Shown: positions 37,275 through 47,551 of the stretch, piece after piece | Layout: every line of letters begins with the position of its first letter | Position numbering within the stretch: the stretch's first letter is position 1 | DNA from: an uncultured Planctomycetota bacterium | GTDB taxonomy: Bacteria > Planctomycetota > CAZGEP01 | DNA: 64,000 nucleotides | Assembly (NCBI GenBank): GCA_964524955.1 | Contig: CAZGEP010000004.1 | Location: 3,627-67,626 of the forward strand | Direction of reading: 5' to 3' | Made by a program: the position numbers and the translations under genes | The notes under the pieces: generated by a model | Database searches by the model: none | Told to the model about the DNA's origin: nothing | Seen by the model: the letters and a program-made list of their open reading frames with translations, nothing else

Positions 37275-38396
37275 ATGCTAAAATATTTATTGGCCTCACT
37301 GCTTCTGTGCTTCTCTCTTGTCTATGGCAAGGAGATCTCGCAGTGGCAGAGGAACAAGCGCAGCCTTCTGACAAACTTCAACAACATGTATCAGCCGTGT
37401 GTCGTAGAAACTGGGGGCAAGTATCCCTATAAGATGTGGTTTTTCGGCTGGGCGGCTGCCAGGACGAACCCCGGTTGGCCGGGGTGCGATGCGATATTTC
37501 ACGCACGTTCAAAAGATCTGAAGACCTGGGAAGTCTACAGCCAGGACGGGAAATGGGATACCACCATGAATCCAAAGGCCTGGGTGCCTGTCCTTCACGC
37601 CAGCGACCGCTGGTACGATGCCTGGCATGTCGGCGACCCGTCCGTTGTGCTCAGAGACGGCAAGTTGTTCATGGCCTACAGCGCCACATCCAAGCACTTC
37701 AGTAAGCGTGAAGGCTATCCCGCCACTATGGTGCAGTGTGTCATGGGGGCGGTATCCGAAGATGGTATTCACTGGAAAAAAACCCAGCAGCCTCTCCTGA
37801 TTCGCGCTGGTGACACCGCCAACCCTGAGCCCGAACAGGAACGGATCGGCGATTTCCACCGCCCATGCCTGCTCTGGGATAAAGGGAAATGGCGACTCTG
37901 GTTTGATTACTGGTTGCCCGGCAAGGGGGTCTGCATGGGCTACGCAGAGAACAAAGGGGATTTTGCGGCCGCAGGCGGTTTCAAAATCCAGAACGACCTT
38001 ACGCAACCGCTGATTGAGGGCTGGCCGAACCCTGACATCATCCGTATCGGTGAGACCTACCACAGTTTTTCCGATGCCCCTGGATATCCTGGTGAATCGG
38101 GGTGGAAGGGACGACAGCTCCGCGAAGCAGTTTCGAAAGACGGTATCACCTGGGAACTGCGCGACTTTATTCCTCCAGACGAGGACACCGATGCTAATCA
38201 CGTTCCACAGGCCTTTACCACGACCCTTGATGGCAAGCGCTGGCTCTATATCTTCTATGCCACCCAGATTGGTAACGGGCTAAACGATGGGAGGTACCAC
38301 TTTGAGTACAACCGCATACGGGCGATGCGACGACCAATCGACAACTCCGAACAATCTCCTGCAGGCGACAGCCTAAAGGCCGCGCCTGAGGAGTAG
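37275..38396 (+). CDS. Secreted glycoside hydrolase, 5-bladed beta-propeller type (GH43/GH117/GH130-like)
   Basis: Signal peptide. 'WHVGDPSVVLRDGKLFMAYSA' matches the GH43-like propeller motif. Confidence 0.45.
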   Translation: MLKYLLASLLLCFSLVYGKEISQWQRNKRSLLTNFNNMYQPCVVETGGKYPYKMWFFGWAAARTNPGWPGCDAIFHARSKDLKTWEVYSQDGKWDTTMNPKAWVPVLHASDRWYDAWHVGDPSVVLRDGKLFMAYSATSKHFSKREGYPATMVQCVMGAVSEDGIHWKKTQQPLLIRAGDTANPEPEQERIGDFHRPCLLWDKGKWRLWFDYWLPGKGVCMGYAENKGDFAAAGGFKIQNDLTQPLIEGWPNPDIIRIGETYHSFSDAPGYPGESGWKGRQLREAVSKDGITWELRDFIPPDEDTDANHVPQAFTTTLDGKRWLYIFYATQIGNGLNDGRYHFEYNRIRAMRRPIDNSEQSPAGDSLKAAPEE

Positions 38397-38418
38397 CGTT
38401 CGAACAAAAGGAGCCACT

Positions 38419-40167
38419 ATGAGGAACTCACAATTGGAATTGGATCTTTCCAGAATCGCTTTCAGCCGTTATGAAAGCAATCTCGCGATTTGCGTTTGCG
38501 GCCAATCGAAAGCGCTGTGGCTACGTCACATCTATGGCGGCAGAGCAACAAATCTATTCCGCCTGGATGTTATGGGCTTCTCGGGCATTACAAATCCAAC
38601 GGTTCGTGCCGTTCCCGGGTTAATGTGGTTGTCCGACACTCATGGCCGAATCGAGATCGTGATGCCGGAACCAAACACGATCCGCATCCGCAGTCATAGG
38701 ATGAATCTGCACCTTGTCGGCTCGGATTCACGTCGGTGTGATTTGATGATTCCGGCAGCCGACGATCAATGGCGATGCATTATGAGCAGAGCAAAACTCC
38801 TGTTCACGCCGATTTCCGGGACCATGAAGGTAGAAGCTCCTTGGATGCCAGCGAAGGGCACGAAGCAAAAGCATCATGGCACCCATCCGATCCATGTTAC
38901 GATTGATGGTGATTCTGATGAATGGGAGTTTCAGATCAACACCTATGAGAGCGAGATAAACCCTCCGGTTATCCGTAGCCGTTTCGCCGAAGCGCACCGA
39001 CAGAGCAAAGAGTCCTTCGCCTTTTGGCTCAGGAATACAACTTCTGTGCCGGAACGGTATCAGCCGGCTCGCGAATTGGCGGCCTATGTCGGTTGGTCGG
39101 CTGTCGTTCCGGCCGCCGGGAACTACCATGCGCCATCGATGCTCATGAGCAAAAACTGGATGGTGAATACCTGGAACTGGGATAACTATATCAACGCTTG
39201 GGCGAGTGTCTACCGCGATCCGGATTTTGCCTGGGACCAGTTTATGTTGCACATCCGGCATCAGCATCCGACTGGTGGTCTGGGCGATGGCATCAACGAG
39301 CAAAGCATCGGTTGGTCCTACACCAAGCCCCCTGTGCATGGATGGATCCTGCGACGGATGGCGGAAGCCAACCCCGCCATCGACCGCACGCGTATAGCTC
39401 AGGTGTATGAGCCAATATGTCGATGGACGGAGTGGTGGTTTCGCTATCGCGATGACGATGATGACGGCATCTGCCAGTATCACCACGGTAACGACAGCGG
39501 ATGGGATGATGCCACGGCATTTGACATCGGCTGTCCCAATGAGGCGCCGGACCTCAATGCGCTTCTGATCCTGCAGATGGATGCGCTCGGCGAATTCGCA
39601 CAATGCCTCGGTAAACATGACGAGGCAGCGGTTTGGGGCAACCGCTCACGTGAAATGCTGGAACGCTTCGTGGAACACAGTTGGCGCGAAGGACGGTTCG
39701 CCGCCATGGTCAGCGGGAGCCATGCCTATGATCCCGGGAACCAGTGTTTGTTGAGCTATATCCCCTTGGTACTCGGGAGCCGATTGCCGAAGGCAATTCG
39801 GAAAGAGATGATTTGTGGCCTGATGCGGCAGGGAGGATTTCTAACAGAATGGGGGCTGGCCACGGAATCAGTTGACAGCCCGGACTACCTGTCTTGTGGC
39901 TACTGGCGTGGATCGATTTGGCCACCGCCTATGTTGATGATCGTGGACGGCTTACACGATGCCGGGGAGAATGAGCTTTCGGAGGACCTTGCCGAGCGCT
40001 TTTGCCGATTGGTGGCCACACACGGCTTCGGTGAGAACCACGATGCGCTCACTGGCGAGATTCATTACGACCCGGCATACACGTGGTCAGCGAGTGTGTT
40101 TCAGCTGTTCGCACACTTGTATCTGCATGACAGAACAAAAGAACAAGAATCAAGTTCTCCTGGTTGA
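38419..40167 (+). CDS. Cytoplasmic (alpha/alpha)6-barrel glycoside hydrolase (GH63/GH37/GH15-like)
   Basis: Trp-rich 'NTWNWDNYINAW' and 'GNDSGWDDATAFD' motifs typical of alpha-alpha-toroid glycosidases. No signal peptide. Confidence 0.4.
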   Translation: MRNSQLELDLSRIAFSRYESNLAICVCGQSKALWLRHIYGGRATNLFRLDVMGFSGITNPTVRAVPGLMWLSDTHGRIEIVMPEPNTIRIRSHRMNLHLVGSDSRRCDLMIPAADDQWRCIMSRAKLLFTPISGTMKVEAPWMPAKGTKQKHHGTHPIHVTIDGDSDEWEFQINTYESEINPPVIRSRFAEAHRQSKESFAFWLRNTTSVPERYQPARELAAYVGWSAVVPAAGNYHAPSMLMSKNWMVNTWNWDNYINAWASVYRDPDFAWDQFMLHIRHQHPTGGLGDGINEQSIGWSYTKPPVHGWILRRMAEANPAIDRTRIAQVYEPICRWTEWWFRYRDDDDDGICQYHHGNDSGWDDATAFDIGCPNEAPDLNALLILQMDALGEFAQCLGKHDEAAVWGNRSREMLERFVEHSWREGRFAAMVSGSHAYDPGNQCLLSYIPLVLGSRLPKAIRKEMICGLMRQGGFLTEWGLATESVDSPDYLSCGYWRGSIWPPPMLMIVDGLHDAGENELSEDLAERFCRLVATHGFGENHDALTGEIHYDPAYTWSASVFQLFAHLYLHDRTKEQESSSPG

Positions 40168-40267
40168 GCGTAGAGATGAAAGTGATCGTTCGAACCATCA
40201 GGTGCAGGCGACGCTTGACAGCGCGCCTCAACTCGCCGTTGGGCGAACCCCAAGAAGAGTTTTATAA

Positions 40268-40570
40268 ATGGCTTTGATTAAGTGTCCTGAATGCAATAAT
40301 GACGTATCGACCTCGGCAGCGTCGTGTCCCAAATGTGGCGCACCTATAGCGTCACAAACTAGCCGCATCACCGAACCAACAATACCGAGGGGAAAAGTAC
40401 AATGCGGGCATTGCCGGGCAATCGTAAAACCTCAAAAAATGGAAGCTGGATGTAGCTCACTGATCATAGCTATACTACTTCTCTGCCTTGGTATTATCCC
40501 TGGAGTAATCTATATCATTTGGGAAAGTAGCAGAAAACAATGTCCAAACTGCAAACTGCCAATAAAGTGA
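40268..40570 (+). CDS. Zinc-ribbon domain protein with a C-terminal TM helix
   Basis: 'CPECNN...CPKCG' and 'CGHC...CPNC', plus a hydrophobic stretch 'LIIAILLLCLGIIPGVIYIIW'. Confidence 0.5.
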   Translation: MALIKCPECNNDVSTSAASCPKCGAPIASQTSRITEPTIPRGKVQCGHCRAIVKPQKMEAGCSSLIIAILLLCLGIIPGVIYIIWESSRKQCPNCKLPIK

Positions 40571-40582
40571 ACGACGCCCAAC

Positions 40583-40611
40583 AACGGTTGAGGGCTTCGC
40601 CCCTCGCCGTT
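40583..40611 (+). repeat. GC-rich hairpin 'aacggttgagggcttcgcccctcgccgtt', a copy of the repeat family at 30563..30583
   Basis: The 21-mer 'ttgagggcttcgcccctcgcc' is identical at 30563 and 40588. Lies 13 nt after the zinc-ribbon gene stop. Confidence 0.6.
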
Positions 40612-40675
40612 GGACCAGCCATATCGATAGCCAGACCGAATCTGTGGCGCAGGGCGCGAAGCGAGTATTCAGAGT

Positions 40676-43471
40676 ATGTCAAACCATTGGTACAACATCG
40701 AAGGCTGTCTGACATTCTATCGTGATCTGAAAGGGGTAGAGCAGTGGCTCATACGCGGCCACAAGGAGTTACCCACCTCGGACTTCAGCGGGCTTCTCGA
40801 TACTGTCATGCGTTGGCTAGTTGACAACCCAGCGTATGGCGACATCGCGGCGGATGTTGTTCAGCTCCTCTCCGGGTACGACCCCAAATACACTGCGCAG
40901 TGGCACGAGGCTGAGGAGGCCCGCAGGCGTGAAGCGGAACTCCGCGCACGAGAGATACAGGAAGCACAGGAACGCCGGAAGAAGGAAACTGAACTACTCG
41001 CACAGCAGCAACGAGAGGCTGAGGCGCGTCAAAGACGTGAGCGCAAACTTGCGGAGAAAAAGCAGGCACTCATGGACCGTTGCCACGAGTGGTTTCAGAC
41101 GGACTTCCTTACAGCGGACAGGCGCTTCAGAGACGATGCCGACCGCAAGCTGCTAACGGCTCGTGAGTATTCTGAGTTGAAGACAGCCTTTGTCCAGGGT
41201 TGGGTCCACACAGAGCTTCACCTGTCGCTTGATATCGAGCAGGCTCAGGCGGTCGCCGGTGGACCCCGCGACATGCTGGTTGTTGCCAGAGCGGGTGCTG
41301 GTAAGACCCGCACGCTAGTCACCCGCGCCGTCTTTCTCCAGAAGCACTGCGGTGTCCCGCCTGCCGCCCTGCTTCTGCTTGCGTTCAATCGCGATGCTGC
41401 GCGGGAAATGCAGCAGCGGCTGCATGAAGCCTTGGGTGGCGATTTGCCACACATCATGACCTTCCACGCATTGGCCTATGCGTTGGTGCATCCGGACGAG
41501 GAACTCGTCTATGACAAGCCCTCAGCCGGAAGTCTCGGCCACAGCCGTGCGATTCAACAAGCCATCGATGAACACCTGCAGGCGGACCGGTACCGTGCCA
41601 TGATCCGCGACCTGATGCTCTTGCACTTCAAAGATGATTGGGAGCGCATAGTTGCCGGTGGGTTCAACCTGCCAATCGAGGAGTTGATCGAATACCGGCT
41701 GGCATTGCCGCGCGAGACTCTGAGGGGCGAGTACGTCAAGTCCTTCGGAGAGAGACTAATCGCCAACACACTCTTTCAGAACGACGTGGAATACAAATAC
41801 GAACGAAACTATCGGTGGAATGGCGTCAACTACCGGCCCGACTTCACTATCCTGCTGCCCGGACGGCGTGGCGTTGTAATCGAGTACTTTGGTCTCGAAG
41901 GTGAACGCGACTACGATGAGATGTCAGCAGACAAGCGGGCGTTTTGGGCTTCCCGCCAGGGTTGGACCCTGATCGAATTCTACCCACAAGATATTGCATC
42001 TCAAGGTGTTGATGGTTTTACCGAGTGCATTGTGAAGCGTTTAGCTGATGCCGGGGTCACAACTCGTTCTCTTTCAGATGACGAAATATGGCAGCGCATT
42101 CGCAGACGGGCCATCGACAGTTTCACAGGCGCAGTTCGGTCGTTAGTCAGTCGCTGCCGGAAACTGAACCTAACGGGCGAGCAGTTGGCTGGCTTAATCG
42201 ACGGTCATACCCCGATTACTGAAGCAGAACGGTTGTTTCTGGCTGTGGGAGCGTCTGTATACGTTGCGTATCTGGAGCGCCTCCGGTCTTCTCAACAAGA
42301 GGATTTCGACGGCCTGATGTGGAGGGCAATCACCTTGGTGGATTCTGGCCATAGCCAGTTTGCACGGGACAGAGGGCGCGAGCGCGGAGACTTGCGTAGA
42401 ATCCGCCATGTGCTGGTAGATGAGTTTCAGGACTTCTCTCAGATGTTCTACCGCATGGTGCAAGGGATTCGGACACTCAGTCCGCACGCCGACTTCTTCT
42501 GTGTGGGTGACGACTGGCAAGCAATCAACGGCTTTGCTGGCTCGGACTTGAGATTCTTCCGTGAGTTCAGCGAATTGTTCCGAGAGCCAACAACCTTTAC
42601 CGTCAGCACCAATTATCGTTCACCAGCAGGAGTTGTTGAACTCGGGAATGCCCTGATGGTAGGACGCGGGAGTCCCGCCAAGCCACACCGAGAAGACGCC
42701 GGGTGTGTGAGACTGGCAGACTTAGGCAGTTTCATGCCGTCACCCGCCGAACGAGCACGACATGAAGGGGATGATGCGACCCCATTTCTGCTTCGGCTGA
42801 TTCGGCGGTTGCTTGATTGTGGCGATTCCATCGTGCTCCTCTCGCGACGTAACGGCGTTCCTTGGTATGTGAAGTACCATGCTGACCTGCCAGCCGCTGT
42901 CGATGGGCTTGAACGCTTCGCTGAGCACATCCGCATGTTCTTACCGGAAGACGAGCGCGGCCGCCTGACCGCCTCGACTGCCCACCGGTACAAAGGCCGT
43001 GAACGAGAGGCTGTAATCATACTCGACGCCGACGAAGGCTGCTATCCTCTCATCCATCCCAACTGGGAATTCCTCCGAGTGTTTGGCGATACGTTGGAAG
43101 CCATTGAGTCAGAGGAGCGCCGGCTATTTTACGTGGCGCTGACCCGATCCCAGAAGACGCTGGTCGTTCTTGTCGAGAGCGAGAGGCGCGAAAGCCCTTA
43201 CCTGAGAGAGATCAAAACGCGCGAGGATATTCAAGCAATCGAATGGGAGCAACTCCGCCCAGTGCCTTCGCTTGATGGCGACAGACTGGAAGTGCACGTG
43301 TCAAATGCATATGAGGTCCACAATGAACTGGCGGCGCAGGGATATCGATGGGAGGAGGGCCAGAAGTACTGGTATCGTCTGGTGATGGCGGAAGGTTTCG
43401 ACTTGCGCAACCTGAAGCGTCAAGCGTGGGCGCGACAGGGCGTGTGTATCGACGGGTTACTGTTTTCTTAA
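40676..43471 (+). CDS. UvrD/Rep-like SF1 helicase with an embedded Vsr/DUF559-like PD-(D/E)xK nuclease-like domain and an N-terminal coiled coil
   Basis: Motif I 'ARAGAGKTRT', II 'VLVDEFQDFS', III 'VGDDWQAINGFAGSD', IV 'TNYRS', V/VI 'TAHRYKGRE...LFYVALTRSQKTL'. Insert at about aa 345-440, 'NYRPDFTILLPGRRGVVIEYFG'. Confidence 0.7.
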   Translation: MSNHWYNIEGCLTFYRDLKGVEQWLIRGHKELPTSDFSGLLDTVMRWLVDNPAYGDIAADVVQLLSGYDPKYTAQWHEAEEARRREAELRAREIQEAQERRKKETELLAQQQREAEARQRRERKLAEKKQALMDRCHEWFQTDFLTADRRFRDDADRKLLTAREYSELKTAFVQGWVHTELHLSLDIEQAQAVAGGPRDMLVVARAGAGKTRTLVTRAVFLQKHCGVPPAALLLLAFNRDAAREMQQRLHEALGGDLPHIMTFHALAYALVHPDEELVYDKPSAGSLGHSRAIQQAIDEHLQADRYRAMIRDLMLLHFKDDWERIVAGGFNLPIEELIEYRLALPRETLRGEYVKSFGERLIANTLFQNDVEYKYERNYRWNGVNYRPDFTILLPGRRGVVIEYFGLEGERDYDEMSADKRAFWASRQGWTLIEFYPQDIASQGVDGFTECIVKRLADAGVTTRSLSDDEIWQRIRRRAIDSFTGAVRSLVSRCRKLNLTGEQLAGLIDGHTPITEAERLFLAVGASVYVAYLERLRSSQQEDFDGLMWRAITLVDSGHSQFARDRGRERGDLRRIRHVLVDEFQDFSQMFYRMVQGIRTLSPHADFFCVGDDWQAINGFAGSDLRFFREFSELFREPTTFTVSTNYRSPAGVVELGNALMVGRGSPAKPHREDAGCVRLADLGSFMPSPAERARHEGDDATPFLLRLIRRLLDCGDSIVLLSRRNGVPWYVKYHADLPAAVDGLERFAEHIRMFLPEDERGRLTASTAHRYKGREREAVIILDADEGCYPLIHPNWEFLRVFGDTLEAIESEERRLFYVALTRSQKTLVVLVESERRESPYLREIKTREDIQAIEWEQLRPVPSLDGDRLEVHVSNAYEVHNELAAQGYRWEEGQKYWYRLVMAEGFDLRNLKRQAWARQGVCIDGLLFS

Positions 43472-43679
43472 ATTGTTTATCCATAATTCTGCCTCCATAT
43501 CGATATAACCGGCCGAGGTAAAACGTAACTCGGAAAAAATAAAAAAATATTGGAATTGTTATTTTATTAAACAAGCAGCGGACTGACAGGGAAAAGTGCT
43601 TGATGTAAAAGATACGTATACGCGAAAAGCGATATCAGACAGGGAAAGAGAAAGGTATTATCCTCTCCCTGGCAACACG

Positions 43680-43726
43680 TTACAAAAATATAACCGCCAC
43701 AGCATACTGCCGTGGCGGTTATATTT
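43680..43726 (-). terminator. Rho-independent terminator for 43772..47551
   Basis: Perfect 15-bp stem 'aaatataaccgccac/gtggcggttatattt' with an 11-nt loop, followed on the minus strand by a U-run. Confidence 0.6.
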
Positions 43727-43771
43727 ACGTGATGTTTATTCTTTCGACGAAACTGCGAAACATACCATCTA

Positions 43772-46700
43772 TTATTTATAACCGAGAATGATGTCTCCGA
43801 GCATGGTGGCTGTTTCGGCTGTCTTTCCTTTCTTTCCGCGTTTTCGTCCCACTTTCAAGACCAGGGACCAGGTAGTTTCGTCACCCGGTTTGTAGTAGGC
43901 CTTGAACACGGAAAGCGGAATGCGAAGTTCGGCCTGCCAGCGGCCGGGTTCGCTCTTGACCCGACGGTACCATTTGAAATTACAGGAGGCATTTCCGCCA
44001 AAGGAGTCAAACTGTTTGCCGATGCTGTTTAAGGCCAGGCGATAGGTCTTGCCGGTTCCGGACTTGGGTGTAATGTCCAGACAGACATAATCATCGGTCT
44101 TTAATACACCGTTGTTGTCCCGGCGCGTGCATCGGGCAATGGGCTTGCGGTTCTTTTCCAGCTGATTCTCGATCCGAAACCAGAGCGCGTCTTCTGAAAG
44201 CAGGAAAGCGGCCTTGCTTTTCTGCTGTGCCGGTTTTCCCTTGACCAGGAATTCGGTCAGGTCTCTGGCCTTTTTCCAGGCGGCTTCGCTGAGTTCTCCG
44301 TCCAGTTCAGGCGCTTTCCGGGTAAAGAGTGGTAACAGGGAAAAGGTGTAGGCCAGTTTTTCAGCCTTTTTGCCTTTCAAGTCCATTCCGACAACCAGGG
44401 GACAGATTTCCGGCGCGTCTTTGATCCTGTCAAAATCACGATGCACGGTAAAGATCCGGGTGTGTTCGGAAAGATGATCCAGTCCACGAATCGGCATTGT
44501 TGGGAATGGGACGGACCATCCATTGGCGGCAAAAGATAAATCTCCATCTGCAAAGGATTTGTCCACGCGCTCAATTGCAATGCGGAATTCAGCGCGTTTC
44601 TTTCCGCTGGCTGTGTCTGTGATCCGAAAGGCATCCTTTCGGACATCCAGAATCACGCCCGTGTTTTTGTAGCTGTCCCGTGTCACGATCGTAGTGTACC
44701 GCGGGTCTACGCTCTTTTTTTCAATCGTCCTGATCACTTCAAAACCCGTGACACAGTCCCGGAATACAGCGGTCCAGGTTCCCTGCGGATCGTTCATACA
44801 GAGCGGAATTTCGCCTTGAGCGACACCACCGGGCGCGTTCAGGTTCTGACAGTAATTCTCCCGGCAGACTCCTCTGGGATCAAAGACCTCGACATGTACG
44901 ACGTGCTCCATAGCAGACCCGTCTGTGTCCAGTGCTGCCTTAAAATGCCAGGGATACGACTCACCGAGTTCAACATTGAATCCCTTGACTTTGTACGGCA
45001 GTGCTGCAAAGACATATCCCTCCACCGGAATCATCTCATAGTCAAATTCATCGACCTCGCCCAGATAGGTTCCTCTGCGGCAGTCATAGATATGCCGCTT
45101 CCAGGGAACGTTCACGCGAACCGACAGATTCGCGGAAGAGTCCAGACCGGAAATTTTAGTCGCGCCCAGCTGATCCTGCGTAATTTTGGCATTGACCACA
45201 ATGCTGAAGAGATCCATGCCCTTGCGTTTGTACATGAAACGCTGTACCACGTGCCGGTCTTTTCCAGTCGTTGGGTCCAGCACTGTAATCTGTTTTTTGA
45301 CACCTGCCATGTCCAGCAGGTTGCGGGTAAGGGCACGCAGATTGGGTCCGATCTCGCGTTTGTCATTCAACCGTTTCTGCTGATAATCCATCCAGGAGAT
45401 GTTGGTATAGATAAACTTGCCTTTTCCGTAAGGATTCACGATCATGGCCGGAGCTCCGCCCGCGTCGGCCAGTGCTGCGGCGCCGCGACGCACTTTGATG
45501 CCCGGCTCCACGATGCGCAGTTCATCGATTCCAGCGTCCTTGAACAGGTCCGCGTATTTCGCGCCTTTGTTAAACGTAACAGGACTCTTTGCCTTTTTTA
45601 GCCATTCTTTGTTCCTGGCTTTCATGATATGGCTCTGTTTGGGACAGAAGGAACCATTGACTTCGGCAACAATGTAATTTTCCCGTTCAATTCCAAACGC
45701 ATCATCCAGCTGTCCCTTTTTCAGGCGTTTGCCGTGTTCGTCAAAGCAGGCGGTCATGTTGTCGGCCACGCAGACTCCGCCCTTCTTGACCCACTTGCGG
45801 ATCGCTTTGACCTCGTCCTCAGACATGGCACACGTTTTGTTCAAAACCAGAAGCTTGAATCCCTGCTTTTCCAGTGCTCCGTCCAGCAACCGCTCATCAT
45901 CCACAAACTTATACAACAGTCCGCTGTCTTCAAAGACCTTCATCCAGGAGAGACGGTTCTTGAGCAGACAGGAGTGACTGCTCTCGTAGGAACTGTAGCG
46001 ACGCGGCCAGGTAGAGGCGTCCACTTCCGAATCCAGCATCCAGTGAACCCGGATCGACGGCTGCGAATAGTAGATCGCGACCGGGTCGTTCTGAATCACG
46101 GAGGGCACCATGACTTTGCCCAGACCATCGTGAAGTTCGTGAAAAAAATTGCGCATGGCTCGTCCATAGCTCCAGAGAATCACACCGTCGTCTCCCCGCA
46201 GAAAGAAGCGCCACAGTACGTACTTGGATTTATCGGTACTACCGAAATTGGTTCGGACCGAACGCAGGTCCGGCCGGGCAAAGGAGCGAATTACGTCCCT
46301 GGAGCCACCCCAGTCATAGGCCTCGCAATACGTCATTTCCTTGAGCAGCAGGGGCCAGTTCCAGCCCGACCAGGCCAGCGGGGCCTGGCCACCCACAAAT
46401 CCCGCATATGTTTCAGGTATTTGTTCTTTGATGATTTTATAATACATGGCCAGAAAATCCGCCCAGTGTTCGTCCACAAACTGAATTCGATCCCAAAGCG
46501 CGGAGAAGTTCTCGCTGCCCGGATCACAGAACTGTTCCGCGGTCAGTTCGAACCGGCCCACTCCCGGCACCAGCTTTCCCTTGAGATATGGCGTATGCTT
46601 CATCTTGGCGTCATCAATGGTATCCGGCATCACCTCGTCCCAGGTTTTGAAGTGGGTGTCCCACTGTTTATTCAGCTCCTTCACGGATTTATATCGCGTC

Positions 46701-47551
46701 TGGAGCCATTCCCGGAACCGCTTGATGCAGTGCTCACAGAAACAGAAGTCAAAGGGGTTGCCCATGGCTGTGTATCCGAGTTCATCCCGGACATCCACGC
46801 CAAGGGGACAGTTGATGCGGCTTCCCTTGATTCCCTTGACCCGGCCGATATCAAAATTATTTTTTACATCATCGGGATTGTTGGTGCAGGGTTTACGAAT
46901 CAGGTACTTGCGGTCGCGTGTCCGTTCATACGGCGCGGAATACGGTTTGATGAATCTCCGGTGCAAGAAGAGTCCGCCAACCAACTCCCCAATATACCGG
47001 CGCATGTTGTTCAGCGAAAGATTGTCTGAGCAGTAACAGCCGCCGCCAAAGATTCCTGCGTCCATATTATAGTGATAGTCACTGCTGATTCGCCAGTACT
47101 TCATGACCTCGTATTCTCCCCACCACTCTTTGGGCCGCACACCGAAACGGCAGGTGCCGATCTGGCGCGGTTTGGCTTTGGCATTCCCGGGAACGGTCTC
47201 TACGATCAGGTAGTTGATAATGGCGGTTGGAAAGTTTACTGTCATGGTTCCCTTGTGCGTGGCCGCTTCTGCTTTAAATTCCGTTTCCCTGATAATCCGG
47301 CAGAAGGAATCGCACCAGATCAGGCGATACGTTTCCCCGGCCTTGAGTTTGCTTGCCGTGAATGTCAGCGTGTCCCCCTTAAAGTAAAGCACTTTGTCCA
47401 CATGAAGATTCCGGGCGCGCCCTGCTCCCCCGGCCCCCAGCTTGTCCAGGGCGTGCAGCGGAAGAACCGAGCAGAGCACAAAGCCCAGCAGACATATCAC
47501 TCGTATACCGATCCGGTGTATTCTATTTTGTTTAATTCGCATACCATTCAT
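43772..47551 (-). CDS. Very large secreted protein, paralog of 14676..18983 (GH42-like region plus C-terminal CBM9/DOMON-like domain)
   Basis: Signal peptide. 'IRKWVKKGGVCVADN' GH42-like motif. C-terminal 'PELDGELSEAAWKKA...' CBM9-like domain. Confidence 0.5.
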   Translation of the reverse strand: MNGMRIKQNRIHRIGIRVICLLGFVLCSVLPLHALDKLGAGGAGRARNLHVDKVLYFKGDTLTFTASKLKAGETYRLIWCDSFCRIIRETEFKAEAATHKGTMTVNFPTAIINYLIVETVPGNAKAKPRQIGTCRFGVRPKEWWGEYEVMKYWRISSDYHYNMDAGIFGGGCYCSDNLSLNNMRRYIGELVGGLFLHRRFIKPYSAPYERTRDRKYLIRKPCTNNPDDVKNNFDIGRVKGIKGSRINCPLGVDVRDELGYTAMGNPFDFCFCEHCIKRFREWLQTRYKSVKELNKQWDTHFKTWDEVMPDTIDDAKMKHTPYLKGKLVPGVGRFELTAEQFCDPGSENFSALWDRIQFVDEHWADFLAMYYKIIKEQIPETYAGFVGGQAPLAWSGWNWPLLLKEMTYCEAYDWGGSRDVIRSFARPDLRSVRTNFGSTDKSKYVLWRFFLRGDDGVILWSYGRAMRNFFHELHDGLGKVMVPSVIQNDPVAIYYSQPSIRVHWMLDSEVDASTWPRRYSSYESSHSCLLKNRLSWMKVFEDSGLLYKFVDDERLLDGALEKQGFKLLVLNKTCAMSEDEVKAIRKWVKKGGVCVADNMTACFDEHGKRLKKGQLDDAFGIERENYIVAEVNGSFCPKQSHIMKARNKEWLKKAKSPVTFNKGAKYADLFKDAGIDELRIVEPGIKVRRGAAALADAGGAPAMIVNPYGKGKFIYTNISWMDYQQKRLNDKREIGPNLRALTRNLLDMAGVKKQITVLDPTTGKDRHVVQRFMYKRKGMDLFSIVVNAKITQDQLGATKISGLDSSANLSVRVNVPWKRHIYDCRRGTYLGEVDEFDYEMIPVEGYVFAALPYKVKGFNVELGESYPWHFKAALDTDGSAMEHVVHVEVFDPRGVCRENYCQNLNAPGGVAQGEIPLCMNDPQGTWTAVFRDCVTGFEVIRTIEKKSVDPRYTTIVTRDSYKNTGVILDVRKDAFRITDTASGKKRAEFRIAIERVDKSFADGDLSFAANGWSVPFPTMPIRGLDHLSEHTRIFTVHRDFDRIKDAPEICPLVVGMDLKGKKAEKLAYTFSLLPLFTRKAPELDGELSEAAWKKARDLTEFLVKGKPAQQKSKAAFLLSEDALWFRIENQLEKNRKPIARCTRRDNNGVLKTDDYVCLDITPKSGTGKTYRLALNSIGKQFDSFGGNASCNFKWYRRVKSEPGRWQAELRIPLSVFKAYYKPGDETTWSLVLKVGRKRGKKGKTAETATMLGDIILGYK

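Noticed and set aside
43472-43600. Hairpin 'ccgag...ctcgg' followed by an A-run after the helicase gene as its terminator
   Set aside because: The run is A-rich, not T-rich, on the + strand, and the stem is only 5 bp. It does not fit an intrinsic terminator for the + strand gene.
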